64,000 nucleotides of DNA, taken from the NCBI GenBank assembly GCA_041392475.1, contig JAWKLZ010000003.1, positions 853,067-917,066 of the forward strand. The letters run 5' to 3'. The position numbers and the translations under genes are program-made. The notes beneath the pieces were generated by a model, which saw only the letters and a program-made list of their open reading frames with translations, searched no databases and was not told where the DNA came from. This document shows, one piece after another, positions 10,597-20,176 of the stretch (within the stretch, counting starts at the first letter, position 1; each line of letters begins with the position of its first letter). Source of the DNA: Chitinophagales bacterium. Its GTDB lineage: Bacteria; Bacteroidota; Bacteroidia; Chitinophagales; UBA2359.

Positions 10597-11715
10597 ATGT
10601 CTGATACTACTAATACTAAAGCAACTTTTAAATCAGAATCTATATTACAGAAGCGGATTAAAAACTTCAAACGCATTAAGCGTGGATATTATTCGCTTAT
10701 TATCATCACTATAGCCTATTTTCTATCTTTTTTAGCCCCTTTGTTTGTCAACAACAAAGCGTTGGTAGTGAAATACAGTGGCTCCTATTATTTCCCTGCA
10801 ATGGGTGATTTGTTGGGCGAAGGTGTGGTGAAACATAAAGATGCGATATTTTATGGGCAGGAAGAAGTGTTTGGCGAAAAACGTTATGGTGAGCCACATT
10901 ACCGAGAACTTAAAAAACAGTTCAAACAACAAAATGCAGGCAATTGGGTCTTGATGCCTTTGTATGATTACAGCCCTGTTGAAAATTTACTGAGCGAATT
11001 GAAGTCGAATCCACCTACTGCGCCCGACTCCAAACATATTATGGGAACGGATAATCGAGGCCGAGATGTTTTTGCTCGATTGGTCTATGGTTTTCAGATT
11101 TCACTGTCTTTTGCATTGGTTGTCACCTTTTTCTCTTTCCTGATTGGGATTATGATTGGTGGCTCACTGGGATTTTATGCAGGGAAGTTGGACTTGTATG
11201 GGCTTCGATTCATTGAGATTTTCAGCATGATTCCTTTCTTGTTTGTGATGATGATTCTTTCTTCTTTCATCAATCCGAGTTTTTGGATGTTGGCAGGTAT
11301 GTTGATTATTTTGGGAGGTTGGATTGGAGCGACTTACTATATGCGTGGAGAGTTCTACCGTGAAAAATCACGTGATTATACGGCTGCTGCTATTGCAATG
11401 GGGGCTTCTGATAGGATGGTAATGTTCAAGCACATTCTACCCAATGCGATTACACCTATTATTACCTTGGCCCCTTTTTCCATCATCGGCAATATTTCCT
11501 CTTTGGTGGCATTGGATTTCTTGGGCTTCGGTTTGCGTCCGCCTACACCAAGTTGGGGGGAATTGATTCGACAAGGAGTAACGGAGGATATCAGCAATTG
11601 GTGGTTGATTGTCACACCTTTGTTCATGATTTTCTTGACGCTGACCACGATTACTTTTATTGGTGAGGGGGTTCGTCAGGCGTTTGATCCTAGAGAGTAT
11701 TCGAGGTTGCAGTAA
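10597..11715 (+). CDS. ABC transporter permease (OppC/YejE-like)
   Basis: N-terminal TM helix, periplasmic OppC_N-like segment, HIMGTDNRGRDVFARLVYG motif and six-TM core. Confidence 0.8.
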   Translation: MSDTTNTKATFKSESILQKRIKNFKRIKRGYYSLIIITIAYFLSFLAPLFVNNKALVVKYSGSYYFPAMGDLLGEGVVKHKDAIFYGQEEVFGEKRYGEPHYRELKKQFKQQNAGNWVLMPLYDYSPVENLLSELKSNPPTAPDSKHIMGTDNRGRDVFARLVYGFQISLSFALVVTFFSFLIGIMIGGSLGFYAGKLDLYGLRFIEIFSMIPFLFVMMILSSFINPSFWMLAGMLIILGGWIGATYYMRGEFYREKSRDYTAAAIAMGASDRMVMFKHILPNAITPIITLAPFSIIGNISSLVALDFLGFGLRPPTPSWGELIRQGVTEDISNWWLIVTPLFMIFLTLTTITFIGEGVRQAFDPREYSRLQ

Positions 11716-11752
11716 GATAGGTGGGTTTGATAAATTTGTATAAGGTGTTGGT

Positions 11753-13465
11753 TTACTTCCCACATAAACTCACCAAAGACTCCTCCGCTTCTTCAAAACC
11801 CAAACTTTTGGCTTTATACATACTGGCACAAGCCTTTAAGTTTTTTTCTAATAAAAAGTAGAGAATCCCTTGCAGAAAATAGGCTTGACCATTTTTAGGT
11901 TCGAGTGAAATAACCGTATCCAAATCTTGAAGCGCACCCTTAGGGTTGCCCTTTGCGAGATAAATACTGCCCCTATCTATGTAAATATCAGCCACATCAG
12001 GAGCGACTTTGATGGCTTGATTGTAGGCTTCCAGAGCCTTGTCATTTTCCTTTTTTCGTTGATACCAAGCACCTTTTGCATGGTAAGGATAGTAATTTTT
12101 AGGATTTAGAGTGATTGCCCTATCCAAATCATCCAAATAACTTTCCTCCATTTCGAGTTGCTCCTTCACTGCTGCCCGTCCGATAAAATGGCTTGCATTG
12201 TTGGGCGCAAGCACAATAGCTTGATTGTAGTCGCTCAATGCGCCCTTAATATCCCCTTTTCGGGATTTCAAATAAGCACGAACCGCATAAGATTTGTCTG
12301 CATTGTCATCCATTCGAATCACTTGATCCAAGTCTTCAATAGCTCCTTCAATATCACCTAAAACCGATTTTACAGAACTTCGGTGAATATAAGCCTCTTT
12401 AATATCACCTTGTAAATCAATCGCTTTAGAAAAATAAGACAATGCCTCCTCGTTTTGCCATTGCAGCATTTTTACATAACCGAGCATGTGAAAAACATGA
12501 GAATTTTCACTATCCAAACTCCTTGCAATGAATAAGTCTTCCTCTGCTTCCTTCAATTTTAAAATATATGCGCGTGCCTCTGCCCGTGCAATAAAAGCCT
12601 CCACAGAAGCATCATTCACTTCAATGGCTTGGCTAAAACATCCTTCTGCCACAGCATAATTTCGCAAAAACATTTTGGTTTGACCATTTTTCATCAACAA
12701 GTCATAGTGATTGAAGGTCAAAAGTTGCTGTTCATTTGGAAGGTGTCCCAAAAAAACATCCAATGATTTTGCAGCCCTATCGTAATACTGTAGAGAAAGG
12801 TATATTTCTGCTTCACAAAGATTGACCAAATGGTTGTCAGGAAACTTGTCTGCGAACTCTTTGAGCATTAGCAATGCTGCTTCTGCTTGCCCCTCGTCAA
12901 ATTTGACCAATGCCAAGCCAAGCAATGTTTCTTGATTGTATTGGTCAAATTCTAAAGCTTTTTTGAAATACAAACTTGCCTGCTCTGTTTGGTTGATATG
13001 AATAGCAGTCATTCCTGCAAGCATAAAACCCTTTGCAATAATCTTTTGCAGTAGAGGAAGTGAGTCTTTATTTACCAGAGTTTTGTGTGCTTTCTGCCAA
13101 AAGGCTGTCCGAGATTCATTCCCAAAACAATGGCTTAATTCAGTTGGAGAAAAAAGCAACATTTTTTTGAAGATAGGCAAATCAGGATTTAGCTTCAATT
13201 GTAACAACAACAATAAACCTTGATTGAAATCTCTTTGAGAAAGTTGAAGAAAATGCGATGGGTTTAAAGATTTTTTTAATCCACTTTTATTACACTGCTG
13301 CAAATGACCTTCCAATAATAAAATGGACTGTTCGTATTCTTGATGTATATAGTGTTCATAAGCCTTCTCAAAAACACCATGATCACTTTGACCATGAAGT
13401 TGGGGAGTGCATGAAAATAATAGACAATAAATACCTAAGCTTAATAATCTATTCATGGTCCACAT
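11753..13465 (-). CDS. tetratricopeptide-repeat protein with signal peptide
   Basis: Signal peptide MWTMNRLLSLGIYCLLFSC, multiple TPR-like A/Y/L-pattern repeats, 570 aa. Confidence 0.75.
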   Translation of the reverse strand: MWTMNRLLSLGIYCLLFSCTPQLHGQSDHGVFEKAYEHYIHQEYEQSILLLEGHLQQCNKSGLKKSLNPSHFLQLSQRDFNQGLLLLLQLKLNPDLPIFKKMLLFSPTELSHCFGNESRTAFWQKAHKTLVNKDSLPLLQKIIAKGFMLAGMTAIHINQTEQASLYFKKALEFDQYNQETLLGLALVKFDEGQAEAALLMLKEFADKFPDNHLVNLCEAEIYLSLQYYDRAAKSLDVFLGHLPNEQQLLTFNHYDLLMKNGQTKMFLRNYAVAEGCFSQAIEVNDASVEAFIARAEARAYILKLKEAEEDLFIARSLDSENSHVFHMLGYVKMLQWQNEEALSYFSKAIDLQGDIKEAYIHRSSVKSVLGDIEGAIEDLDQVIRMDDNADKSYAVRAYLKSRKGDIKGALSDYNQAIVLAPNNASHFIGRAAVKEQLEMEESYLDDLDRAITLNPKNYYPYHAKGAWYQRKKENDKALEAYNQAIKVAPDVADIYIDRGSIYLAKGNPKGALQDLDTVISLEPKNGQAYFLQGILYFLLEKNLKACASMYKAKSLGFEEAEESLVSLCGK

Positions 13466-13582
13466 AATTTTTTTTCAAATCACAAAAAATGATTTGGAGG
13501 TGGATGTGGTTGGTAAAGTAATTTTTGAGGCGGGATAGGTAATGTTTTGATGGCACTAATATAACAAAAAATCAGCATTTTG

Positions 13583-14242
13583 CTAGACATTCTCAAAAGT
13601 ATAGGTCAAAATATTGTCTTCAATTTGTTGGTAATAAACCTTTACATTCCATTGGAAATCATCTTTACAAATGCTTGCTTCCAAATAACCTTCTGCTGCA
13701 ATGGTAGAATCTTCAATCTTGTAGTGCCTGTGAATCAGTAAGTTTTCTTTGAATCGGAGCTCTTTTTTACTATACAACTTGTAAAGCGTTTCCTTTGCAC
13801 TCCAATAAAGGGTAAGCATGAACAAGTCATTTTGGGGTATTTGAGTTGCCTCTTTTTCAGAAAGAAACTTGTGCTGCAAGCGCAAAATTCTCGGGTGAAT
13901 AGGTTCTATGTCAATTCCAAGGGCTTTATGTGAATGAACTATTACCGCCGCAAAATGGTGGGAATGACTGATAGAAAGTTGGCGGGTATTTTGGTGAAGA
14001 ATCGGTTTGCCAAAAGAGTTGTAAACGATTTCACCAGATTCCTCGTTTGGTATCAATTGTCGTACCAAAGCCCTTGTAGCGAGCCATTCTTTTTGTCGAC
14101 GAATGCTAGTAATGCTGCGATAGAGGTTTTGCTGCCAAAGATTTGGCGGAAGCCCCCGCTTCAAATCATCCACGCTTTCTTCAATGCGCCATATACCTAT
14201 AGTAGCAGCTTGTAGAGTATGAATGGTTTGGTATAAAGGCAT
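13583..14242 (-). CDS. 4'-phosphopantetheinyl transferase (Sfp/EntD superfamily)
   Basis: Motifs GKPIL, SISHS, GIDIE and WSAKETLYK match PPTase signature blocks. Confidence 0.7.
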   Translation of the reverse strand: MPLYQTIHTLQAATIGIWRIEESVDDLKRGLPPNLWQQNLYRSITSIRRQKEWLATRALVRQLIPNEESGEIVYNSFGKPILHQNTRQLSISHSHHFAAVIVHSHKALGIDIEPIHPRILRLQHKFLSEKEATQIPQNDLFMLTLYWSAKETLYKLYSKKELRFKENLLIHRHYKIEDSTIAAEGYLEASICKDDFQWNVKVYYQQIEDNILTYTFENV

Positions 14243-14262
14243 AGAAAATATATTGTATATGG

Positions 14263-14685
14263 TTAGAATAATTCTTCTATATTTTTACCCCAATCTATTT
14301 TCTGCAATTGATAGACATCGTTGACCTTGTAGAAATAAAATTGAAGCCATACAGGATGTTTTTCGAACCGCAAAGCATAGGTAAATCGAAAAATATCTTC
14401 TCCTATTGCTTGCGTTTTTGCGAGATTACTGCCTTGTATTGCCCCATAATTGATAGAAGAGGTTTCTATAAAAACAATCAAATCAGTTAACACTTTTTCT
14501 TCTTCTATGGTTTTTCCCCTCAATAATTTCATTGCAGGGAGCGTTTCAGATTTTTCTAAGTGCATCAATACATCATCGCATAAACGACTTGCATCGTCTT
14601 TGTTTGTAAGAGTTTCCGTTTGTGAAAAATTCACTGAAAAAGGAAGTATCAGTAAAACAAATGATAAAAGCACTGTTAATTTCAT
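14263..14685 (-). CDS. secreted hypothetical protein
   Basis: Signal peptide MKLTVLLSFVLLILPFSVNFSQ. The start was chosen at the signal-peptide Met rather than the longer ORF. Confidence 0.5.
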   Translation of the reverse strand: MKLTVLLSFVLLILPFSVNFSQTETLTNKDDASRLCDDVLMHLEKSETLPAMKLLRGKTIEEEKVLTDLIVFIETSSINYGAIQGSNLAKTQAIGEDIFRFTYALRFEKHPVWLQFYFYKVNDVYQLQKIDWGKNIEELF

Positions 14686-14833
14686 GTTGTGTAAAAATTT
14701 ATATTTGAAGATAGATATTTTTTTTGGTATTGGTTTTTTTCGGTACTTTAGGATAAATTTAGCATACATTTTAAATGTAGGAATACAAAATTATCAAGAA
14801 GATTTGTATTCAGCACAAAAACATATTATTATT

Positions 14834-15550
14834 ATGAGCAATCAACTAACCACAAATTGGGTCGTAGAAGGCATAATTGATTTTGAACATAAAAAATATT
14901 TATTGCTTGGGTATTTACAGCACGTTAGCAAGAACTTCGATGACCAAAAAGTGTACCCTTTTCTGTCAGATTTGATTTTTCATTATCAGAATTTGGTCAT
15001 TTTTAAAGAGCAAAAACAAAAGGTCAGCGGACAATTGACCAAGCGCATCCGAAAAATTGACTTAGATAATTTCCGAATTGAGTATGAAAAACTCATGCAC
15101 GATGATGAATACATGGATGAAATAGAAACGATTTTAGCTTTTGCGATTCCAAAAATAAAGGTGCAAATGGAAAATGGACGAGAACTGTATGATTTTGTAG
15201 AGGCCAAAATACAAATAGAACCGATTGGCATTGTACCATTGAAGTCAGATGAGGGATATTTGTTACTCAGCAATGGCAGTGAAACAGATACACAGGTGTA
15301 TAACTATCAATTAACTATTTTTGAAAGTGCATCGGAAAAATACAGAGCGATTCGCACACACTATTTGCGCTCCTATGTACGCCGATTCACAAATACCTAC
15401 GAGTCGATCAAACTGGATTTGATCAAAAACAACCAGGCATTACCCAATCCTGCCACTTTTTTGGTTAAAAGTGAACAGGTTTTTCCATTGCAGGAAACGC
15501 TGCTGCCAATTGCTAAGCGGTCTTTGGTGCGGTTTATCAGTCAGTTTTAG
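14834..15550 (+). CDS. hypothetical protein (first gene of a putative RimK-associated cluster)
   Basis: 238 aa from MSNQLTTNW. The upstream part of the long ORF overlaps the convergent gene and was trimmed. No motif recognised. Confidence 0.5.
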   Translation: MSNQLTTNWVVEGIIDFEHKKYLLLGYLQHVSKNFDDQKVYPFLSDLIFHYQNLVIFKEQKQKVSGQLTKRIRKIDLDNFRIEYEKLMHDDEYMDEIETILAFAIPKIKVQMENGRELYDFVEAKIQIEPIGIVPLKSDEGYLLLSNGSETDTQVYNYQLTIFESASEKYRAIRTHYLRSYVRRFTNTYESIKLDLIKNNQALPNPATFLVKSEQVFPLQETLLPIAKRSLVRFISQF

Positions 15551-15584
15551 TGAATACTTTCTTTCACTTCAATTTTACCTACAA

Positions 15585-16436
15585 ATGCTCCTAACTCAAT
15601 ACTCCAATCCACAAGAATTTCTCCAAAAGGTATGCCCTTTTTTAGAAAGAAATGAGGCAATGAACAACCTTTTATTGGGAACATCGTTTCGACTTGCTCA
15701 ACCTGATAATTCGGAAATAGCTGCCAAAGCTTTGCTGATTGTTGTTGAAGAGAAAAAAGAAGTGGTTTTTGTGGCAATTCAGACAGCTCCTCATAGTCTG
15801 ATAATAGCTGCAAAAGCGGAATATATGGACAAGGGTAGTGAAGCAATCATTAAGCTTTTGGAAGATGAGGAGATGGAAATACCAGGTGTTATTGGAGAAA
15901 AATCACTGGGGCATATATTTGCTCAGAAGTGGTGTAGCCGAAAAAATTTAGGCTTCAAATCTCTCATGGAAATGGGTGTTTTCCAATTGGATAAGGTGAC
16001 AGAGTTGGACATTGCAGAAGGAAACCTTCGTTTGGTGAATGAATCGGACGAAGATTTGTTGACGGATTGGATTTTGGGTTTTGACAGTGAAACATTTCAA
16101 GAGGAAACGCTCGAATCTGCTCGAAAACTGGCAAAAGTAAAGCTGCAAAGTGGACGGCAGTATATTTGGGAAACAAACGGAGTTCCTGTTTCAATGGCAT
16201 CCGGTACACGACCTACAAATCATTGTATGACCATTTCGGTAGTTTACACGCCGCCCAAATACCGAAAAAATGGCTACGCCCGTAGCTGTGTGGCTCAAAT
16301 TAGTCGAATGATGCTGGATAGAGGTTACCAATTTTGTGCTTTGTTTACAGACCTATCAAACCCAACTTCCAACAAAATTTATCAAGAAGTTGGGTACTAT
16401 AAAGTGGGAGAATTTGTGAATTTGAAGTTTATTTGA
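15585..16436 (+). CDS. two-domain protein with C-terminal GNAT acyl-CoA N-acyltransferase fold
   Basis: C-terminal RKNGYARSCVAQISRMMLDRGYQFCALFTDLSNPTSNKIYQEVGY is a typical GNAT motif A/B region. Start set at MLLTQ to avoid overlap with the preceding gene. Confidence 0.6.
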   Translation: MLLTQYSNPQEFLQKVCPFLERNEAMNNLLLGTSFRLAQPDNSEIAAKALLIVVEEKKEVVFVAIQTAPHSLIIAAKAEYMDKGSEAIIKLLEDEEMEIPGVIGEKSLGHIFAQKWCSRKNLGFKSLMEMGVFQLDKVTELDIAEGNLRLVNESDEDLLTDWILGFDSETFQEETLESARKLAKVKLQSGRQYIWETNGVPVSMASGTRPTNHCMTISVVYTPPKYRKNGYARSCVAQISRMMLDRGYQFCALFTDLSNPTSNKIYQEVGYYKVGEFVNLKFI

Positions 16437-16511
16437 AGTAAATGACCTTGTATTTTGTCGCCGATAAATAAATTTGTACTTTGAACCATGTTATTATAGT
16501 CAAATTTTTAA

Positions 16512-16970
16512 TTGGTTTTCAAAATAGGTAAGGTGAAGAAATTATTGGGGCGAACAGATATAGTGGATTTCCCGAAACTTGATTTATTTGGGGTTGAAGT
16601 AAAAATAGATACAGGTGCATATACGTCCAGTATTCATTGTCACAGTATTAAAGTAATAGACAATGTTTTGCAATGTCAGTTTGTTGATTCGGAATCCGAC
16701 AAACATCCTCCCATTATTCTGCATTTCAATGAATTTGCCACTAAGATGGTGAAAAGCTCCAATGGTATCACCGAAAAACGTTTTGCCATCAAAACGGAGA
16801 TATTAATTTTCAAGAAAACTTACCGCATCGAACTCACCTTAACCGAAAGAGGCTCTATGAGGTTTCCTGTGTTATTGGGTAGAAAGTTCATAACAAGAAA
16901 GTTTATCATTGATACTTCCAAAAAGGATTTATCATTTAAAAACATAAAAATTAAACTCAAACAAACATGA
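16512..16970 (+). CDS. DUF785 retropepsin-like putative protease (ATP-dependent zinc protease family), RimB-like, RimK-associated
   Basis: 152 aa with a conserved DTGA active-site-like motif ([11 protein letters not shown]). It lies immediately upstream of rimK with a 4-bp overlap, the arrangement known for rimK loci. Confidence 0.7.
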   Translation: MVFKIGKVKKLLGRTDIVDFPKLDLFGVEVKIDTGAYTSSIHCHSIKVIDNVLQCQFVDSESDKHPPIILHFNEFATKMVKSSNGITEKRFAIKTEILIFKKTYRIELTLTERGSMRFPVLLGRKFITRKFIIDTSKKDLSFKNIKIKLKQT

Positions 16971-17839
16971 AGATTGTTGTTTTATCAAGAAATCCCCATT
17001 TATATTCTACTAAAAGAGTTATTGAAGCTGGAGAAAGCAGAGGACATGAAATGGTGATTGTGGATCATACCAAGTGTGATATTATCATTGAAAAGAAAAA
17101 ACCTGCCATTATTTATAAACATGAACTTCTGACAGGTGTAGATGCGGTTATTCCCAGAATCGGGGCTTCGGTAACTTTCTTTGGCACAGCAGTAGTGCGT
17201 CAATTCGAGATGATGAAAGTATTTACAGCCGTAGAATCACAAGCTTTGATGCGTTCAAGGGATAAATTGAGAAGTTTGCAGGTTTTATCAAGAGCAGGCT
17301 TGGGTTTGCCGAAAACGGTTTTTACCAACTATTCGAAAAACGTAGAAGATGTAATCAAACAGGTAGGAGGTGCGCCATTGGTTATCAAACTATTGGAAGG
17401 TACACAGGGTTTGGGAGTTGTATTAGCGGAAAATGACAATGCAGCAGAATCTGTATTGGAAGCCTTCAATGGCCTACAAGCGAGGGTAATTGTACAAGAG
17501 TTTATCAAAGAAGCAATGGGCGCCGATATTCGGGCTTTTGTGGTAGATGGTGTAGTTGTTGGATCGATGAAACGACAAGGTAAGAAAGGAGAATTTCGCT
17601 CCAATCTGCATCGTGGTGGCACTGCTGAAATTATACAATTGACAGAAGATGAGGAAAATGCAGCGATAAAAGCAGCGAAAGTCATGGGTTTAGGTGTAGC
17701 AGGAGTAGATATGCTGCAATCTGCAAGGGGCCCACTTATTTTGGAGGTTAATTCTTCTCCAGGATTGGAGGGTATTGAAAAGGCAACAGGCAGTGATATT
17801 GCCAAAAAAATTATTCGATATGTAGAACGTAATGTGTAG
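16967..17839 (+). CDS. rimK: RimK-family alpha-L-glutamate ligase (ATP-grasp)
   Basis: ATP-grasp motifs ([34 protein letters not shown]) and a length of 290 aa typical of RimK. Confidence 0.9.
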   Translation: MKIVVLSRNPHLYSTKRVIEAGESRGHEMVIVDHTKCDIIIEKKKPAIIYKHELLTGVDAVIPRIGASVTFFGTAVVRQFEMMKVFTAVESQALMRSRDKLRSLQVLSRAGLGLPKTVFTNYSKNVEDVIKQVGGAPLVIKLLEGTQGLGVVLAENDNAAESVLEAFNGLQARVIVQEFIKEAMGADIRAFVVDGVVVGSMKRQGKKGEFRSNLHRGGTAEIIQLTEDEENAAIKAAKVMGLGVAGVDMLQSARGPLILEVNSSPGLEGIEKATGSDIAKKIIRYVERNV

Positions 17840-18791
17840 TATGATGGAGATTCTCGGTCGAGAAATTAAATTGGGTGAATCTGTTCAGATTAAAATGGAC
17901 ATCGCCAAGTTATATACCCGTTCGACCGTTGAAGTTTCCATTTTTGTAGCTCGTGGCAAAGAAGAAGGGCCTTGTATATTGTTGAGTGGAGGAATTCATG
18001 GAGATGAAGTAAATGGAGTGGAAATTGTACGCCAAATCATTACCAAAGGTTTGAACAAGCCAGATAAAGGAACCGTAATTTGTATTCCACTTGTCAATGT
18101 ATTTGGATTCTTAAACCAAAAACGAGAATTTCCAGATGGAAGAGATTTGAACCGTGTATTTCCTGGGGCTAAATCAGGTTCACTTGCGAGTAGATTTGCC
18201 TACCACCTCATGAAAGATGTCATACCCTATGTGGAATATTGTATTGACTATCATACAGGTGGAGCAGAACGCTTCAATTGTGCTCAATTGAGAATCAACG
18301 GAACGGATGAGGAAAACTTGCAATTGGCAAAGGTATTTGGTGCGCCCTATATCATGTTTGCCAAAAACAGGGAAAAAACCTTTAGAGAGTCTATGACTAA
18401 ATTGGGCAAAAAAGTGCTGTTATATGAAGGAGGAAAATCACTTTTTTTGGATAAAACCATCACAGAAACTGGAGTTCAAGGGGCTATCAATGTAATGCAC
18501 GAATTGGGAATGAGGGATTTTTCTTCTGAAATGACAAATCATACGGTAAATGTTTCACCCGTTATTATCAAAAATTCTAAATGGATTCGTGCAAAACATT
18601 CGGGAATGTATCGCCCTATCGTACAGATAGGGGAAAAGGTCATGAAAGGTGAAAAATTGGGGAGTATTTCCGATCCATTCGGGAATTTTGAAGAAACATT
18701 TAAAAATACGCAAGAGGGGTATGTTTTGTGTTCCAACCTCGCTTGCATGGTCAATCAAGGTGATGCTCTTTTTCACATTGGATTTGAATAG
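17832..18791 (+). CDS. succinylglutamate desuccinylase/aspartoacylase (AstE/AspA) family zinc hydrolase, M14-like fold
   Basis: [10 protein letters not shown] zinc-binding motif, DLNRVFPG and DYHTGG motifs. Overlaps the rimK stop by 8 bp. Confidence 0.8.
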   Translation: MCSMMEILGREIKLGESVQIKMDIAKLYTRSTVEVSIFVARGKEEGPCILLSGGIHGDEVNGVEIVRQIITKGLNKPDKGTVICIPLVNVFGFLNQKREFPDGRDLNRVFPGAKSGSLASRFAYHLMKDVIPYVEYCIDYHTGGAERFNCAQLRINGTDEENLQLAKVFGAPYIMFAKNREKTFRESMTKLGKKVLLYEGGKSLFLDKTITETGVQGAINVMHELGMRDFSSEMTNHTVNVSPVIIKNSKWIRAKHSGMYRPIVQIGEKVMKGEKLGSISDPFGNFEETFKNTQEGYVLCSNLACMVNQGDALFHIGFE

Positions 18792-19081
18792 TGCTGCAAA
18801 AAAAAGTGTTATACAAGCTTTTTTGAAGCTAAAAAATGAAACATTGGAAGTTTCTTCTCCTTCAAACTTGACATTTGTTCAATGATCAATTTACCTTTTG
18901 GAAAAACAAAATTCCAATGCCTTTTGGACTTTGGACAAAAGACATAAGTAGAAAGACAAAAGAGTTAAATATTTGGATATGATTAAATTGTATTATTCCT
19001 AATGATTTAAAACCTTTTGTCTTATGCGTTTAATCTTTCGTCCAAAGTCTATTATTCTTCAATCAAATTCTCGGCAAAAAT

Positions 19082-20128
19082 TTATCTCTGCAATAGTAGA
19101 GGACGCATAAATGGCGCACCGTTTATATTGATTCTTAGGCTATAATAACCATTAGGCAACTCATTTGTTGAACTGTACTCAATAGTATGAATGCCTTCAC
19201 CGAGCGTATCTTTTGTGAATATTTCACCAACATTTCGCCCCTGCAAATCCAATATAGAAACCGAAACATCTGCGGGTTTTTCCAACTCCAATTGAAGGTT
19301 GATTTGACCCAAACTTGGATTTGGAAATAATGTTGCTTCCACATCAAAGCCAACCACATCTTCAATTCCAGACACCAAGTCATTAAAATGACTCATCACA
19401 GGTAGTACGTTAGCCTTCAACATGTCAAAATCAGCAACAAGTGACATGTCAAAAAAGTAGGTAAGAGTTTGAAATACACCACTATCGTAATAAGAACCAC
19501 AGATTCTGTCTGCAAAAATATAATTTGCATCTCCCATTTCATATACAGCAGAAGCATTCTCTACCAAAGTGACCCCATCTACCCACCAAACGGTAGAAAA
19601 CATAAAAGTCAAATCGGTTAAACCTGCAATGACTGAATTTTCGCTTGGATTCAGAATTGGAACTCCTAAATTACCATCATCCCCATAGCTTTGTACATCA
19701 TAAGAAGCTATGCCTAAATAGTCATACACAAAGTCTCCCGCAGCAAAGGTATCAGGAGCTTCCCCGTATCGGTCAAAAAGAAAATCAAGCCCCGTTACCC
19801 ACAATTTTCCTCCTCCATTAAGGTAGGCCTTAATAGAAGCATTGTCTTCTTCCAAGCCATTCCAAAAAAGCAATCCATTATCATCAGTCGAAGTAGTCCA
19901 AACAACCAAGTCAAAGTCTTTCATGTATAAATCCGTAGGACCTGATGCGCTATCTACTGCATTGTAGTAAGTTGCGGGAAAACCCACTGCTTCCAGTGCA
20001 GAATGAAAGAGTTCTGCGTTTCCAAACGCATCACCTGAGTCATCTACAAAAAGTACCGATATTTGCGCTTGTGCTTTATTGAAGCAAAAGAGAGAGGATA
20101 GTAAGAATAATAAGTAAATTTTTTTCAT
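19082..20128 (-). CDS. secreted protein with T9SS C-terminal sorting domain, function unknown
   Basis: Signal peptide MKKIYLLFLLSSLFCFNKAQAQ. C-terminal about 80 aa is type-A CTD-like (LFPNPS...YSLRININGAPFMRPLLLQR). Confidence 0.75.
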   Translation of the reverse strand: MKKIYLLFLLSSLFCFNKAQAQISVLFVDDSGDAFGNAELFHSALEAVGFPATYYNAVDSASGPTDLYMKDFDLVVWTTSTDDNGLLFWNGLEEDNASIKAYLNGGGKLWVTGLDFLFDRYGEAPDTFAAGDFVYDYLGIASYDVQSYGDDGNLGVPILNPSENSVIAGLTDLTFMFSTVWWVDGVTLVENASAVYEMGDANYIFADRICGSYYDSGVFQTLTYFFDMSLVADFDMLKANVLPVMSHFNDLVSGIEDVVGFDVEATLFPNPSLGQINLQLELEKPADVSVSILDLQGRNVGEIFTKDTLGEGIHTIEYSSTNELPNGYYSLRININGAPFMRPLLLQR

Positions 20129-20176
20129 CTTGAAATGTGTTATTAAGGTTATGAAAATAGTATGATGTCTATCGTT

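Noticed and set aside
14450-14833. Upstream 128-codon extension of ORF 14450..15550, and the 15471 start of ORF 15471..16436
   Set aside because: Both extensions overlap well-supported neighbouring genes (the convergent signal-peptide protein and the preceding gene's 3' end). Internal Met codons at 14834 and 15585 give non-overlapping genes.
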